A stretch of DNA of 61,145 bases, counting the filler, from Basidioascus undulatus (Eukaryota), in NCBI GenBank assembly GCA_000826855.1. It is 4 parts of 4 records of this genome, joined end to end, with 100 filler letters (N's around TTAATTAATTAA, not from the genome) between each part and the next. Parts side by side here need not be neighbours in the genome. Positions count along the whole stretch, not along the records: positions 1 to 15,235 come from JTLS01000654.1; positions 15,336 to 30,559 come from JTLS01000655.1; 2 more parts are not named here. One strand, written 5' to 3'. Below are positions 12,678-28,500 of the stretch, one piece after another. Each line of letters opens with the position of its first letter. Positions within the stretch are counted from its first letter, which is position 1. The notes under the pieces were generated by a model. That model had not been told where the DNA came from, made no database searches, and saw only the letters and a program-made list of their open reading frames with translations. Made by a program: the position numbers and the translations under genes.

Positions 12678-14946
12678 CTAGTGGACTCTCCCCGCCTCGG
12701 AACCCAACGATCGCATGGCATACGCGTCCGACCCCTCTTCTCTCGAGTCCCTCCCTTCCCCACCACGTCCCTCCATGACGCTCTCTGTTGGACTCGGCAG
12801 CCGCCCGTACGCGTCGGGCTTCTCGCCTCCGAACAGCGGCGTGCGCACCGCGCCGCGCTCAACGTCTGTTGGGGTGTGGTAGGACGACAGTGAGTGCGAG
12901 CCTGTTCGGGAGGGCGCCTTCTTGGCTCCGGCCGGGGAAGGCAGGAAGACCGCATCGAAGTCGGTGTGGAAGTTCTTGTGCCCGCGGGCGCTTGGAGAGG
13001 GGCGAGAGAGAGGCGTGAGCGTGCGGTGAGGGCAAGGCTAGATCGAATGGACGGTCGACGCACTGCGGCTTGCCGGTCATGTAGTCGTAGAAGAACACGA
13101 GGCTGTACCACGAGTCGAGCACGAAGTCCCACATGTTCAGAGCGTGCAGAAACGCACGGAAAGCGCCCATCGGTGGCGGCACGCCCTTGGACTTGCGGAT
13201 CGATGTGTAATCGCGCCACTGGAATGCCCAACCCATGAAGATGGAGAAGATGACCATCTGCGCGATGGGAGGTCGTTCTTCGTTAGTTTAGAAGCACCGA
13301 GCTCCCACGGGAGACGGCAAGATGGCGGACCTCGATACATATGCACAGAGCATTCAAGCCGTCCGACACGTTTGTCGTTGTCCTGTCATTGCAGCAGAAA
13401 GTCAGGCGCTGCAGCAATCCGATGCGGCGGGCGAAAGCTGCGCGTACCAGTACTTCGAGGCTTTCAGCACGCCGTGATCGGCGAGGATGCCGAAGAGGAA
13501 CTGGTAGAAAACACATCCATAAGTGCTTCTTTCGTATCCGCCCACAGCAGAAAAGCTTACACTTTGGTCTGTCAAAACAGAAACTTCAGTAAGCGGCGCT
13601 GAAGGAAGGTGGGAAAATCTGGCGGGACTTACAGAACGTGAACATGACGATCAGCTTGATACTCAAGAACTTTGCGAGTGGTCGCCGGCCTTGCAGCTCC
13701 TGCTTTGTGAGCGAGTAGAAGACGATCTGCAGCGGCCTGTGTCAGACAGCGGCGCAACTGCATATACACGTCACGAGCACATACCAAGCCGTAGAGCGCT
13801 ATCGATATAGACACAAAGTCCTGCAATGCGGCCCGGCGTTTAGCGCGACTGGGAACTTCGTGGAAGCCTTGAAGCCACGCACGATTGCTACGATGTACAC
13901 TGTACTCGCCCGCGTACTTCAGCGGACTGCCGTGCGCATGGCGGAGAGAAGAGACACACACCTTCAGCGTAGTGCACCGAATACTCCTCCGTGCAGAGCA
14001 GTCCCCTCGCTTCGCAGATGATGGAAATGATCGACAGCACTGCGCAGGAGGGCGGATAAGCCGATGTGCTGCGGAACATCGTCCTGCCAGCGCGGTGACG
14101 CACGAGGTCGGAGAATAGCGTACTGAAGCACAGACCACTTGATCGTGTACATGAAGTACGGCTTGCTAGCTCGGAATCGCCAGCAGTTGAACTGGCCGCC
14201 CGAAAGCTCGGGTCAGACTTGCCTTGAACAGGCGGAGGCTGTCGCCTATGCGAAAACGCACCGGGAACGGTAGCTTGCGCTTGTCTTTCTCGGCGAGGAT
14301 TTCACGCTGCTCTTCGGGCGACTTGGCGACGTATTGGATGAGGAGCACGAGGAAGGCGGCCAGGGTGAACGCCTCCCAGATCGTCTCCGCCACCTCGTAG
14401 TAGGTATATTCTCTGTGCACGGCCCCAAGCCCTCGTCAGCTTTTCCTCAGATCTCCAGCCCAAGCGTTACCGCGTACCGGTAATACCGATACTGTGGAAA
14501 GATGTCAGTGAGTGACGACCGGCTGCAGCTCGGTTGCGCTGTACGCACTGAGAAGAACGAAATGATGGCGTAGACGACCGGCATCAAGAGGATGCGGACT
14601 ATTTGTCGTTGTTCGGAAGGGATGTCTGCAGGCATCCTCGAAGGCGTCAGACAAAGGTGAAAGGCGAATGGCGACGGACACATTGGACCGACACACAAAA
14701 GTTCCGGCAGTGCATAAAGATGGTGAATCCAGAGATTAGAGTGGCCTGTAAATAATCAGTCAGACTCCGCCTTCAATATAAACTGATGCACATAGTCGGC
14801 ACCCGCCATCTGCCTCCTCTGCCCTCTTCTGCACCTCCATGATGCCCATTCGCCCCAGCAGCCTCTCTGACACCTCATTCTTCATCGCAGAACTCACCAG
14901 TGCAGCACAACCACCCGCAACCGCCCACCCGATCCGATGCGCATCC
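12678..14946 (-). CDS. Organic solute transporter alpha / TMEM184 family membrane protein; 5' end not resolved, probably beyond the contig end
   Basis: Exons give DAHRIGWAVAGGCAAL, EQRQIVRILLMPVVYAIISFFS, IWEAFTLAAFLVLLIQYV, IKWSVLQYAILRP, PLAKFLSIKLIVMFTF, GLNALCICIE|MVIFSIFMGWAF; stop at 12678. Confidence 0.88.
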
Positions 14947-15235
14947 CTTCATCCCGACCGCCCCATCTCCGCCGCAATCAGCGCCCTGCTCCTCGCACCA
15001 CGACCCTCCCCCCCCCCCCCCGAAGAGACGAGGTAAGCAGCGCGGAGGTCGGCGTTGGTCCGCGCTCTTCGGGGTGGGGCGGGTCCGGGTGGGAGGGTGC
15101 GGGGATGCGGGAGCGGGTGAGGATGCGGGGGGAGGGAGAGGCCCGCTTCGAGGGAGAAAAAGCTATGTAGGGCTTCTAAGAGCAGAGCGCATCACTTCTT
15201 CTTCTCTGCTCCTTCCGCTCCGCTCCGCTCTTAGG

Positions 15236-15335
15236 NNNNNNNNNNNNNNNNNNNNNNNNNNNNNNNNNNNNNNNNNNNNTTAATTAATTAANNNNNNNNN
15301 NNNNNNNNNNNNNNNNNNNNNNNNNNNNNNNNNNN
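15236..15335. other. Artificial joining spacer N44-TTAATTAATTAA-N44
   Basis: Exactly 100 bp; the central 12-mer gives stop codons in all six frames. Confidence 0.97.
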
Positions 15336-18010
15336 TTCCGTATTCTGCCGTCCGTGAACACGCGCATCATGGATACGGCTAGACACCAAGCAGCGGGGCA
15401 AGGGGCTTGCCCGCTATACCATGCGGCGCGGCGCCCACGCGAATCCTTCAAATGGATAGGGGAAGTTTGCATCGGCGTGGGGGCGGCCCGCTTGAAAGGC
15501 GGACGGGATTCGAGACAAAAGGGGCGCTGCAGCAGCTGTCCTTTCAGAACGGTGTTGTTGAAAGCCTGTAAAGTTACTCCCGCACACCGTTGCACAGCCA
15601 AGACGCTTGTGAGTACCCGAGCAAGGGTGGAAAGCTACAAAAAGCTACCGGGCGTAGAGACATGCGCGCGCAAAGTCTACAGCCCAAGCTCACAGTAGAC
15701 GTTTGAATAGTACATCAAGACTACTCTTGCGCGGCGTAGACAAGTACACACGAATGTACACCGGCCGCCGTAGTGCGATGGGGTGGAAACTCCTCGATCG
15801 TCGTTCTTTCGACACGACGAGAGAAAGGAAACCTGTCTGGCAGTCCACACCGGTACCGGCGTCCGCCGCAACACACAGCCAAGGTGCCCAGCGACACTCG
15901 GCAATTTTGCAGTTCATTTCCTGTACTGCGGCCATTCACACGCAGCTGGAGACGGATTCAGTCGGACGTTCTGTACAGCCGGAGCAGAGCACGAGGTACA
16001 ACGCCACAGGTTTGCGACCAAAATTTTCAGACGTTTTCGCGCTGCGCGGCGGCCGACCATCTTCAAAGTCAGAAACAGCTTAGCCCGCAATAGTGGTTGC
16101 ATGAAGGGTGAGGAGGACAAGACAGGCACAGGCAGCTGGCTGCCCATCTGGCCTCGCTCAGGCACTGACAGCGTCGCACCCTCAACTGGCTCGTATGACC
16201 AACGCATGGTCGTTGCATGCTCAAGCTCAAGTGCATGTACAGCATCTTCCCGCATATGCCAGCTTAGGATATCGGCGCGCGAGGATGGCCGCTCCTGACC
16301 CTCGCCTCAGCTCCCGTCGGGTGAGCCTGCCGCGCTTGGGTCCTCGCCCTCTTGTTGGATCTTAGGAGGCCGGGCCGTGTCCTTGATGACTGAAAGGAAA
16401 CCCGTCCATGGACTCGGACTTTGAGCGAAACAAGACAAGGGGGCGGCAAATTCTCCTTGAGCGGAAATTGTCGCACCAGCTCCACGACATGGCCAGACGC
16501 GACGGCTTCGCGTCTGACGCTCATTTAAACTGTCATGCCTCAGAGCGTAAATTGGGGTCGCATCGCGGCGGCGGTCCAGGAACGGATTGACTTCTGGCAG
16601 CCGGTGGAGGTCGAAAGTCGGCAAGCGAGCTTGGACGCTTCGCGACCCAACAGTGCAGTCGTTCTTCTTCACCCTTTTCACACGAAGAATACAGTATTGA
16701 GATTACCCGGATGCTGGCGTTTTCACTTTAGATGGCAGTCCTGGGCCCGACGATTGCGTCAAAGCGGTCATACGTATTCCGATCCCGACAGCCGTCCATA
16801 TCCCCTGGAGGCTGGATAGGCCATGAAAGGAACCCAACCTCCTCCTCTTATTTTGAGACGTACTCATGAATAGAAAAATTCCAACAGCTTCGACTTCCTC
16901 ATTCATCAAAGCAAAGAGACTCACGAGTCAGCGATAGCAACCAAGTGCATTAGTCTACGCTTGGGCGGCTGCCCAAGATGCAGCTGTTGCTTTTTGTGCG
17001 GGTTCTTCGAATAAGAGCAGGGCTTCGAGTTGCCTGACAGGCGTTACCCCCACGAGAAAGGGTTCTAAACTAGATAAAACCCATCATTACCTGTGATTGG
17101 ACGCAGAGCGGGAACGCTTTCAGATGGACCTGACTTTGGTACGGCCTTGTCTCGTTTCTGTCATCGCTCTGGCAAGGCTGGGGATATACTACCCAGTGGA
17201 GGAACCTTTTGTCGAAGATTTGTTAACTGCGTAAATACCAGTTTCCCCAGAATGCTAGACTCGGGTGTCCATTCGCAGACGAGCCTACCGGACATGTCAC
17301 ACTCGCCAGGCTTCTTTGAGGTGCACACTACCGAAACAGCATCTGACGAGGTACAAAGAGTACTCCATGTTTTATTTAATCTTCGAAGCTCTCCTGGTAA
17401 TGGACTTCGGTAGTCCCGTCAAACATGCGGCTTGGGGGAGGGGGGGCGATACGATGCACGCAGAAAAGCATTCACTGATTCGGGTTGCAAACAGCGGTCA
17501 AGTCACCATTTATGTTTATGCAAAAGGACATTTGGGAAATTGTTATCCTGTAATGGAGCTATCGCTGAAAAGGTGGAAGTTTCATCGGAAAGAGCCCTGG
17601 GGCAGGCTTGCATGTGCGGCGCCAGAAGCAACCCCCAGTTGCAGATGTGCCTGCTTCCAACGCCAATCTCAAGTGGCCATTGGTTTTACTTGGTTTGTTA
17701 TCGAGAATTGTCTGAGCATCCGGTCGACATTATGCTTCCCGCAGGGCCGTGCCAAGAATCGCCAATTCACGCGCTATCCCGCAACCAGATTACAACTCGA
17801 GTATCCGTCCCGTCTTGCGCAATTCTTGTTCAGTTCTAGTTAGAAATGAGAATACTTCCAAACAGCTTCCTTGTTTTTTTTTCGACACATCCCGTGAGAC
17901 ACCACGTTCGCTTGGTGAACGCTGGCGGTAAGGCGACGCAGATCTCGCACGCTCCAGGATCGAGCATCTGCTGCGTCCTCCCAATATCCACTTTCGCTCC
18001 ATTCACAGCG

Positions 18011-20246
18011 ATGACCAGAGGTTTACTAGAGTACGACGAGCCCACCAAGCCTGGTCCTGCTCGGGGGCGTTCAAAACAACCGGGATGGGGCTTTGGCCTT
18101 CTCCTCGGCGTTGGAGCTCTTTGCGCTCTGTGGCTTTGGAATATCGGGGTCTGGTGGCCTTATCTGGGAGGAGAACCGGAACGCAAGCACCCGAAGCACA
18201 GAGATTTCGAGGATGTCAGTGTTTGCAGTCTTGCGATTTCCCTTGCGCCGCTGACCTGAGCGTACACAGATCGTCTTGAAGGGCGGGGTAACGGAGCAGT
18301 TCCCGACATCTTAATGGATAGACTAGCTGACACGGAAATCACCCTTGCTTCCTTGGTCCAGATCGGGCAGTATTCACCGCAATACGACGTGGACTGGGGG
18401 ATCCCTCGGGAGCTTCCCCGGGGCTGCGAGGTCACGCTTGCGAACCTTGTGCGTCTAAGTTCGCGCCTACTTTTTCTTGAATGGAGTTATGCAACATGTC
18501 TGTGCCCTCAAGCTTGAGCGTCACGGTGCTCGTTTCCCGACTACCCGACAGAACGCGGGCATCCGCCAGTCTGTCTCGAAGCTGTCCTCGCCGTCCTCCA
18601 TCACCGACCCGACCTTCCAGTTCGTTCAAGACTATGTCTACATGCTTGGGGAGAATGAACTGGTACCTTTGGGACGAAAGCAGTGCGTCCCTCCTGCCCC
18701 CCATCCTTGTCGGTGTAACGGCTTCTGAGTGTTGATAGAGCAGAGCTCACGAGTCCGGACGACACTTCATTGAGCAATACTCGGAGTTAGAAGAGAGGTC
18801 GCACGAGATCTTCGTTCGAGCTTCCGGAGGTAGCCGCGTAATAGAAACAGCGCAGATGTTCAAACTCGGGTACCGCGGTGGCAAGATTGGCGACGATATG
18901 CCGGAGCTTGACACGGTCATTCGCGAAGGGGATAGTGAGCACGAGATGTTTGGGTATACATTACCCCTGATATCTATGTTAACTCGGCCACGGCTCCATT
19001 GCGCAGCGTCTAACAACACTTTGGAGGTGCACTGCTGTCCGATGGAGCGCAATCAGTCCATCAACGTGCGGCACCCCTTTCTTGCCTTTTCGTAGCGGCT
19101 GGACGCCCCGACTGGACGATCAAGTTAACGAGAGTCAAAGGGATTTAATTCACAGATCGGGATTGTCATTGGGAAGATCTACACCACGCAGTGGGTACCG
19201 AGGCTCACGGCCAAGTGGAACAAGGTCTTTCCCGGCGTCAATCTTCAGGACGCCGATATCATCAACTTCTTCCATCTTTGCTCATTTGAAGTGTGTCGTT
19301 TTACTTAGCGGGTTCTATTTTATCTGTACTGAACCCCTCGCGCACCATAGACTGTTGCAAACGGTGGCGAACTTAGCGATTGGTGCAGAGTCTTCAGCAT
19401 CGACGATTTTATGCATGTGCGTCGCGTCCCGTTGTTGTCTCTTCCCTGAGGAAAGTCAATCTGAACTGCATGTTCAGTACTCATACTACTTGGACTTGGT
19501 GAAATACTACGGAGTACGCCCTTCTATCTCCCTTCTTCGCTGCCGAATTCGTTGACCGGTACAATGCGTTGCCACGTAAGGGGAGCTATGGCCATCCGTG
19601 AGATATTCTCCTACCCTGTCCCGCTCGTATGGCTTACTCAATCCTTTTAACGCGCTCGCCAGGCTTGGTCCAGCAAGGGGCGTTGGTTACGTCAACGAGC
19701 TCCTCGCCCGCCTGACGAGCACGCCTGTGCGCGACACGACGTCGACAAATGCCACGCTCGACTCCATGCCAGAAACCTTCCCCCTGCCTCCATTAGAGCG
19801 GAAACTCAAGGGACATCGACTGTTTGCCGACTTCAGGTTTGCAACACCGTCCACCATCTTCAAAGTTTCCTGCATTGTTCAACGTCTCTGCCTTTCACAG
19901 CCATGACACAACCATACTATCAATTCTTTCCACCCTTGGCATTGGCCGCCCGCCGAACGGGGACCTGCCCTTCCTCATCCGGACGCCCCCGCCGACTGAT
20001 CTTTGGGACGTATCGAAGTTCACGCCCTTCTCGGGGCGGATCGTCTTTGAGAAGCTGCACTGCCCATACCGCCGCGACGGGAGAGAGTTTGTGCGGATCC
20101 TGGTGAACGAAGGAGTTTACCCGCTGCCATGGAAGGAATGCGGGAGGGTAGGGATGAAGGAGGGGATGTGCGAGCTGGGGGCGTTTGTGAAGAGCCAGGA
20201 ATGGGCGAGGAAAGGGGGCAATTGGGGCGACTGCTTCGTCGAATAG
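18011..20246 (+). CDS. Histidine acid phosphatase / 3-phytase-like, with N-terminal membrane anchor; multi-exon
   Basis: RHGARFP (RHGxRxP) at ~18519, FADF|SHD (HD motif), SNNTL, GVGYVNELLARLT, PFSGRIVFEKLHC, VRILVNE; hydrophobic GFGLLLGVGALCALWLW near the N-terminus. Confidence 0.9.
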
Positions 20247-20380
20247 AGTCATTATGCAGACTTTGGGCAATGTGAAGGTGTGCATTGAGCATGAGAGGCT
20301 GGAGTCGATTGTTCTGCGCAAAAAAGCGTGTTTCCATCAAGCCGCACATCTGTGCTTGTGCATGGCCGGGGTCGCCCCCG

Positions 20381-20414
20381 GGACCACCAGAAGGACCACC
20401 AGAGGACCACCAGA
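20381..20414. repeat. Short tandem repeat GGACCACCAGA(A) x3
   Basis: Copies at 20381, 20393 and 20404, intergenic. Confidence 0.8.
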
Positions 20415-20541
20415 AGGAAGGTATCGTTGCTCAGCATCTGAACGGAAATTCGCATTTCCAGAATATACAAGTGCAGTCTTCCGAAGGTTGTGAGATGTTG
20501 ATTTTAAGGCAATCCGACTACAGTCTTCTTTCATGAAAGTT

Positions 20542-20568
20542 ACGCGTTTGGCACGCGTGAAGACGCGT
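20542..20568. promoter_or_regulatory. Cluster of three MCB (MluI cell-cycle box, ACGCGT) elements upstream of MCM5
   Basis: ACGCGT at 20542, 20553 and 20563, about 145-170 bp upstream of the MCM5 start. Confidence 0.7.
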
Positions 20569-20712
20569 CCGGAGTCTAACCAAAATGGGCAGCGCGTCCA
20601 TCCATCCTTCCCTCCCCCTTCTCCTCCCCTTCCCACCTCCCCCACACAACACACACTTAAAAATCCTCGCATTTCCCCGCTTCCTCTACACTCCTATATC
20701 TAGCGCCCGAAA

Positions 20713-23719
<3,007 letters not shown>

Positions 23720-24260
23720 GCCGCATCACTTCACGGTCTTGCTCGTTGTTGCTGTATACCTGCTCTCTTTCTCCTTGTTTTCGTTGTTGGATGACCGCCT
23801 GTACTTGTACTTCAGACATCTTATACCACATGCACTGAGCATTTTTATGCGCTGATCTAGCCTGAATGTCGCTGTGGCACTGGGCGGTACAGGGCAAGCG
23901 TGTGAGGAGTGCTGTGGTTTATAGGACACATTGCAGGCATGGCCGCCGCCTCTCTCGGGAGATGGCTTGCATATGCTCAGAGGAGTTGCGCGAATTTAGG
24001 CTGTTTGCGTGCTGTGAAGGAAGGAAAGGTCATGGGCGTGGGTAAGCCTGCAGACGTTTCACACAATATCATCCTCCGATTGAGACCATGTTGCATGTTA
24101 TGAGCGGACCTGTCGTTAGCGGACGCGGACGACGGAAGCTAGCAAAACCATTCTGCTGCGATGCCACACAGCCATGGTCGATTATGTCCAATTGCTTCGA
24201 ATAAATGCTCTTCATCATCACGGAGTCCCTCCTCTCCTGGTTCCACGCCCTAAACACAAT

Positions 24261-25581
24261 CTACGCATTGAGCTTCTCGGTCAGCTGCGGCACGGCCTCA
24301 TACAGGTCCGCCACAAGGCCGACGTCCGCGACCTGGAAGATGGGCGCCTCGGGGTCCTGGAACGCAGAGCAAGGGCAAGATTGAGCGAATGGCGGCTACG
24401 ACGAGCGTACAAACCATAACTGACCTTGTTGACGGCAACGATCAGCTTGGACTCCTTCATACCCGCCAAGTGCTGGATGGCACCCGAGATGCCGATGGCG
24501 ATGTAGAGTTCCTGTCGATCCGCATCCCTTTCCGCTCAGCACCATCCCCAGATCTCAAACTATACCTGGTTCGCGCAAACGCACCGGAGCGACGATCTTG
24601 CCCGTCTGCCCAACCTGCAAGCTGTTGTCGGCGTATCCGGCGTCGACAGCAGCGCGCGAGGCACCGACGGCAGCGCCGAGGGCGTCGGCGAGCGGGTCAA
24701 GGTACTTGTTGAAGTTCTCGGCGGACTTGAGCGCACGGCCGCCGGAGACGACCTTGGAAGCGGAGGCGAGATCCGGGCGGGAGGAGGTCGTAAGAGAGGA
24801 AGAGACGTGGGGCGCGTGGTCTGTCAAGCGGCGCGGGTCAGGGGGGACAGCTCTGGTTGGTGGGGAGTTCACAACGCTGGACGAACCCTCAGCCTCTACG
24901 GGCGCAACGTCCTCAACCTCCACCGCGGCATCGCCAGGCTTGGCAGCGTCAAACGCCGTCCCGCGGACGGTGACGACCTTCTTGTCCTCCGAGCTCTTGA
25001 CGGTCGCGACGGCGTTGCCGGCGTAGATGGGGCGCGTGAAGACCTCGCCGCCCTCCTCGACGGCGATGATGTCCGGGATGATGGACTTGTCGAGCAGCGC
25101 CGCGGCGCGCGGGAGGACGTTCTTGCCGACTGCGGTGTGGGCCGCGAAGAGGTGGGTGAGGTTCGAGCGGGAGGAGAGGAGGTCGGAGAGGAGCGGGGCG
25201 AGCGTGGACGGCGGGTGGTGGGCGTAGGAGGGGGAGCGGGAGACGAGCAGGGAGGTCAAGGGCAGCCTGCAGCCCTCACCCTCGACCTGATCAGCTCTCG
25301 GTGGTCCTCTGATTTCTACAGAGGAGAAACAAGACGCACTTCTTAGCCTCCTCCAGCACCGGGCCCACATCCGCCTCGTTTCCAGTGACGAGGCCGACGA
25401 CCTTGCCGTCGACCTTCTGCGCGGCGGTGAGCGCCGAGAGCGTGCCCGGGTTGATCTTGCCGTCGCGGTGCTCGATGAAGAGGAGCGCGTCCAGCCGGGC
25501 GGCGCTGCTGCTGAACGCGCGAGCGACGGACCGGCGGGGGATGGCGCGGCGGGCGGCGGCGGCGGCGGCGACGGTGATCAT
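24261..25581 (-). CDS. ETFA: Mitochondrial electron transfer flavoprotein alpha subunit; multi-exon
   Basis: Arg/Ala-rich presequence, [82 protein letters not shown]. Confidence 0.95.
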
Positions 25582-28500
25582 GGCGCGCGAATAGAAATAT
25601 AAGATCACTGAATTGAGGAGGGGAGGATCGAATGCGGCTGGGAGGAGTGATGAGGGCAGGAGCAAGGACAGCCGATGCGAGAGCCGGTTCGCAGAGCCGG
25701 TCGGCCGACGAGAACAGACTGCATCTCCGAAAGTTGCGCGTGATCGACAGCACGCTGAAAATCACAGTGAGTGCCAAACACTCAACCTTCTCTCCTCATA
25801 TTGAACAAAGAGTATTTTATGAGATTAACACTATTTTGGTCGATCAAAGTTGGGCTTGCTCACTGTAGGAGCGCAGCGACAGTCACGGTGTCAGGTCACT
25901 GCAGTCCGAGCACAAGTCCGCACCGATACACATGTCGGCAAGGAACCTTTTGAGACTTACGGAAATAAATTCCTAGAGGCAAAGAGAGGCAGTATATCCC
26001 TTATAATTCACCCTCTGATAAGGGTAGTTGCGCCCAAGCAGTTTGTAGATCTTCCGGAGCAGCGAGGTGCAGCTGAGGAGGGCCTGAGGCTGTAGCGAAA
26101 TCTTCAGTGTCGCCTTTCTGTTCCGCAGAAAATGTTTGTCGGGCTGAACCAGCGTTTCAGGAACGGCCTGTAACAAAAATACCCGCAGAATTCGCTACTA
26201 TCCGGTTTGACCTCAAAGGCCAAGCGAGCTGCGCGTTCAGCCACGGGAGTTGGCACTCGCAGACGCCGACAGCCAACCCTGCACCCGAAAACTATCGGCG
26301 TGGGTCGTGAGGTCAAGCTTTCCTCCTCTCAATGTCCAATACACAGAGTGTAAAAGCATTATGGGAACACATTTAGTCACGGGGATGTTGTATGTGGTAC
26401 TGTTTGTTCTCGTTTTTCCACTTCAACGTGCCTTTGAATACGACAAATCTCCGCATACCGACAAGCGCAGAGAAGACTGAGCTCTATATCCCACGCCTAT
26501 GCTTGCCGGAGCTAAGCTCTCTGATACGGGTTACATGCAGCGATGATTCCTGGATTGCTTTGATCAAGTCTTTCGTTGCGCGAGCCTGCCGTCCTTTCAT
26601 AAAGATTTTGGTTCCCTCAGCCCAAAAAGCCTTCTGGAGACTTGACCACCCTTCAGCACCGACTTGTCCCACCTAGCCATCATCTGCGAGGTCGAGGTTT
26701 TGCGCAACGTGCATCGACGTTTTCGCTGCATGCCCCCCTCGCCTCGGTGCTTTGTATTGTTGAAACAGTCATACATCGTCACAGCCCACACTTCCATCTG
26801 GAGCACGCTTCCTTATCGTATTTCAGTTTCTCCTTAAACCTCATGGATGATCTGTCTGAGGAACTGGAAGGGCGGCTGTTGCGCGAAACAGGCCGGGAGC
26901 AGCGCACCACCCCAACGCGGGAACTGGAATAACTTCGAATCCACATTATATTGCGGCTTGGAAAGGAAGACAGGGCAGCCCGACAGGGATTAGACTATGT
27001 TGGTGGTGATCGCGCAGGCAGGCACAGCAGGCGGGGTGCGAGGATCCGTCCACCGGCTTCAATAGGCAACCTCCATGAGCGCAGTGTTCCCACTCCACGG
27101 CTGTCTTCTTAATAAATATTATTCCTGTTCTACTGGAGTTGATCCGACCCATCCACAAGTCTATCCCCACCCCCCGCGCGGGGCCTACATGGTACAGAGC
27201 CAAAGCGAACAGGACGGCCGAGCGACTCACCTTGCGATCATCGTCCGCCCCGCCCCCAAGTGGACAAGATTTCAGAATCGCTTCCGCATAGCGGATGGGT
27301 AATTTACAGCATAGCGTCTACGGCATGGACAATAGTATACCGGTATTGACGTGTGTCGTCTGCCAAGTCAAATCCGAGGATGTGAAAGGGAGGGGGAGGC
27401 CCGGTGTACGGGCGGGACTGCCCAAGCGTGTTCGTGTACAGAGAGCCTCACTTCCAAGGCCCAAGATCCGCATCCACACGAAGACAGAACCAAAGCATGC
27501 CCTGGCGTTCAGCAGGATCGCCGACAGCCCTGCAGCATGATCGCCACACCGTCGCATAGACAAGACGAGATGCTTGGTGCGTCGGTCCCATCAATCTGCA
27601 GTGCGAAATTCGCCAGTTACATATATTGTTAGCATTGACTGACAGCCGAGGATTCTGTCCGACACGACCACACGATGCCGACTGAAGACGGACACTGCGC
27701 ACCGGTGAGCGGACAAGGGGCATGCCCGCAATGACACGCTCTTAGGCCATAAATATGAACATGAAAGGTTTGCACGGCCAGAGAGGGGTAACCGCTCGAT
27801 AAATCGAATGTGCACTGCACTGGACGGGTTTTGAGACAATTCGAGCCTACGCTGCTGTGGCTGTCCTTTTCACAGCTGTGTTTCAAAGCCAGTCAAGTTA
27901 CTCCCGCTTCGGTTTGGTACATGCTGATTGGCCCAGGCAAACTTGGAAAGCTATCGGACGTCAGATAGTCCAACATGACAGACATGTGTGCAGCAAAAGT
28001 CGCAGCCTAGGCTCACAGAGGACGTCTGAAGAGTGCGTCAACGCTTATGACGGCCGTGGCGTCGGGTCTTCGGTCTATCGAGCTGCTCAAATTGGGGCTG
28101 GAAAAAGCCGTACCCCCAGAGGCTGCAACGTGGTGTGAGAGCGGTCAGAAACCTTTCAGTGAAAAGGGAGCGGCTGGGCCTTTGGCGCCTCCGCTCAGCG
28201 GGTGAGCAATGGAGCAGTCGAGTGCTTTTTTGGTCGAGCTGCAGACTAATGTATGTACAATTACTGCGGCTGGCTTTAGAATTGCCTCGAAGCGCGTCTT
28301 GCTGGAAAGAGAGCAGCTTGCGACGAAACTGCAGTCGCAGTCACCTCACACTGCGTTTTTATACTCGGCTCACACGTCCCTCCAGCTCCAGACATTCAAT
28401 ATTTGTTGAGTCAGATTTGGGAGTGTGACCTCGAACGTCAGCTACCCACCGTCCTGCCAGCTGCCTCCGGCCCACAGCGCAAATGCCTCATGCAACCCTC

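Noticed and set aside
15280..15291. TTAATTAATTAA recurring about every 15.3 kb as a biological repeat or TTAA transposon target
   Set aside because: It is always centred in exactly 88 Ns, so it is a synthetic six-frame-stop linker.
15336..17900. Possible decayed gene or transposon (LFALMNEEVEAVGIFL is faintly F-box-like)
   Set aside because: There are only short ORFs, with no RT, integrase or transposase motifs and no terminal repeats.
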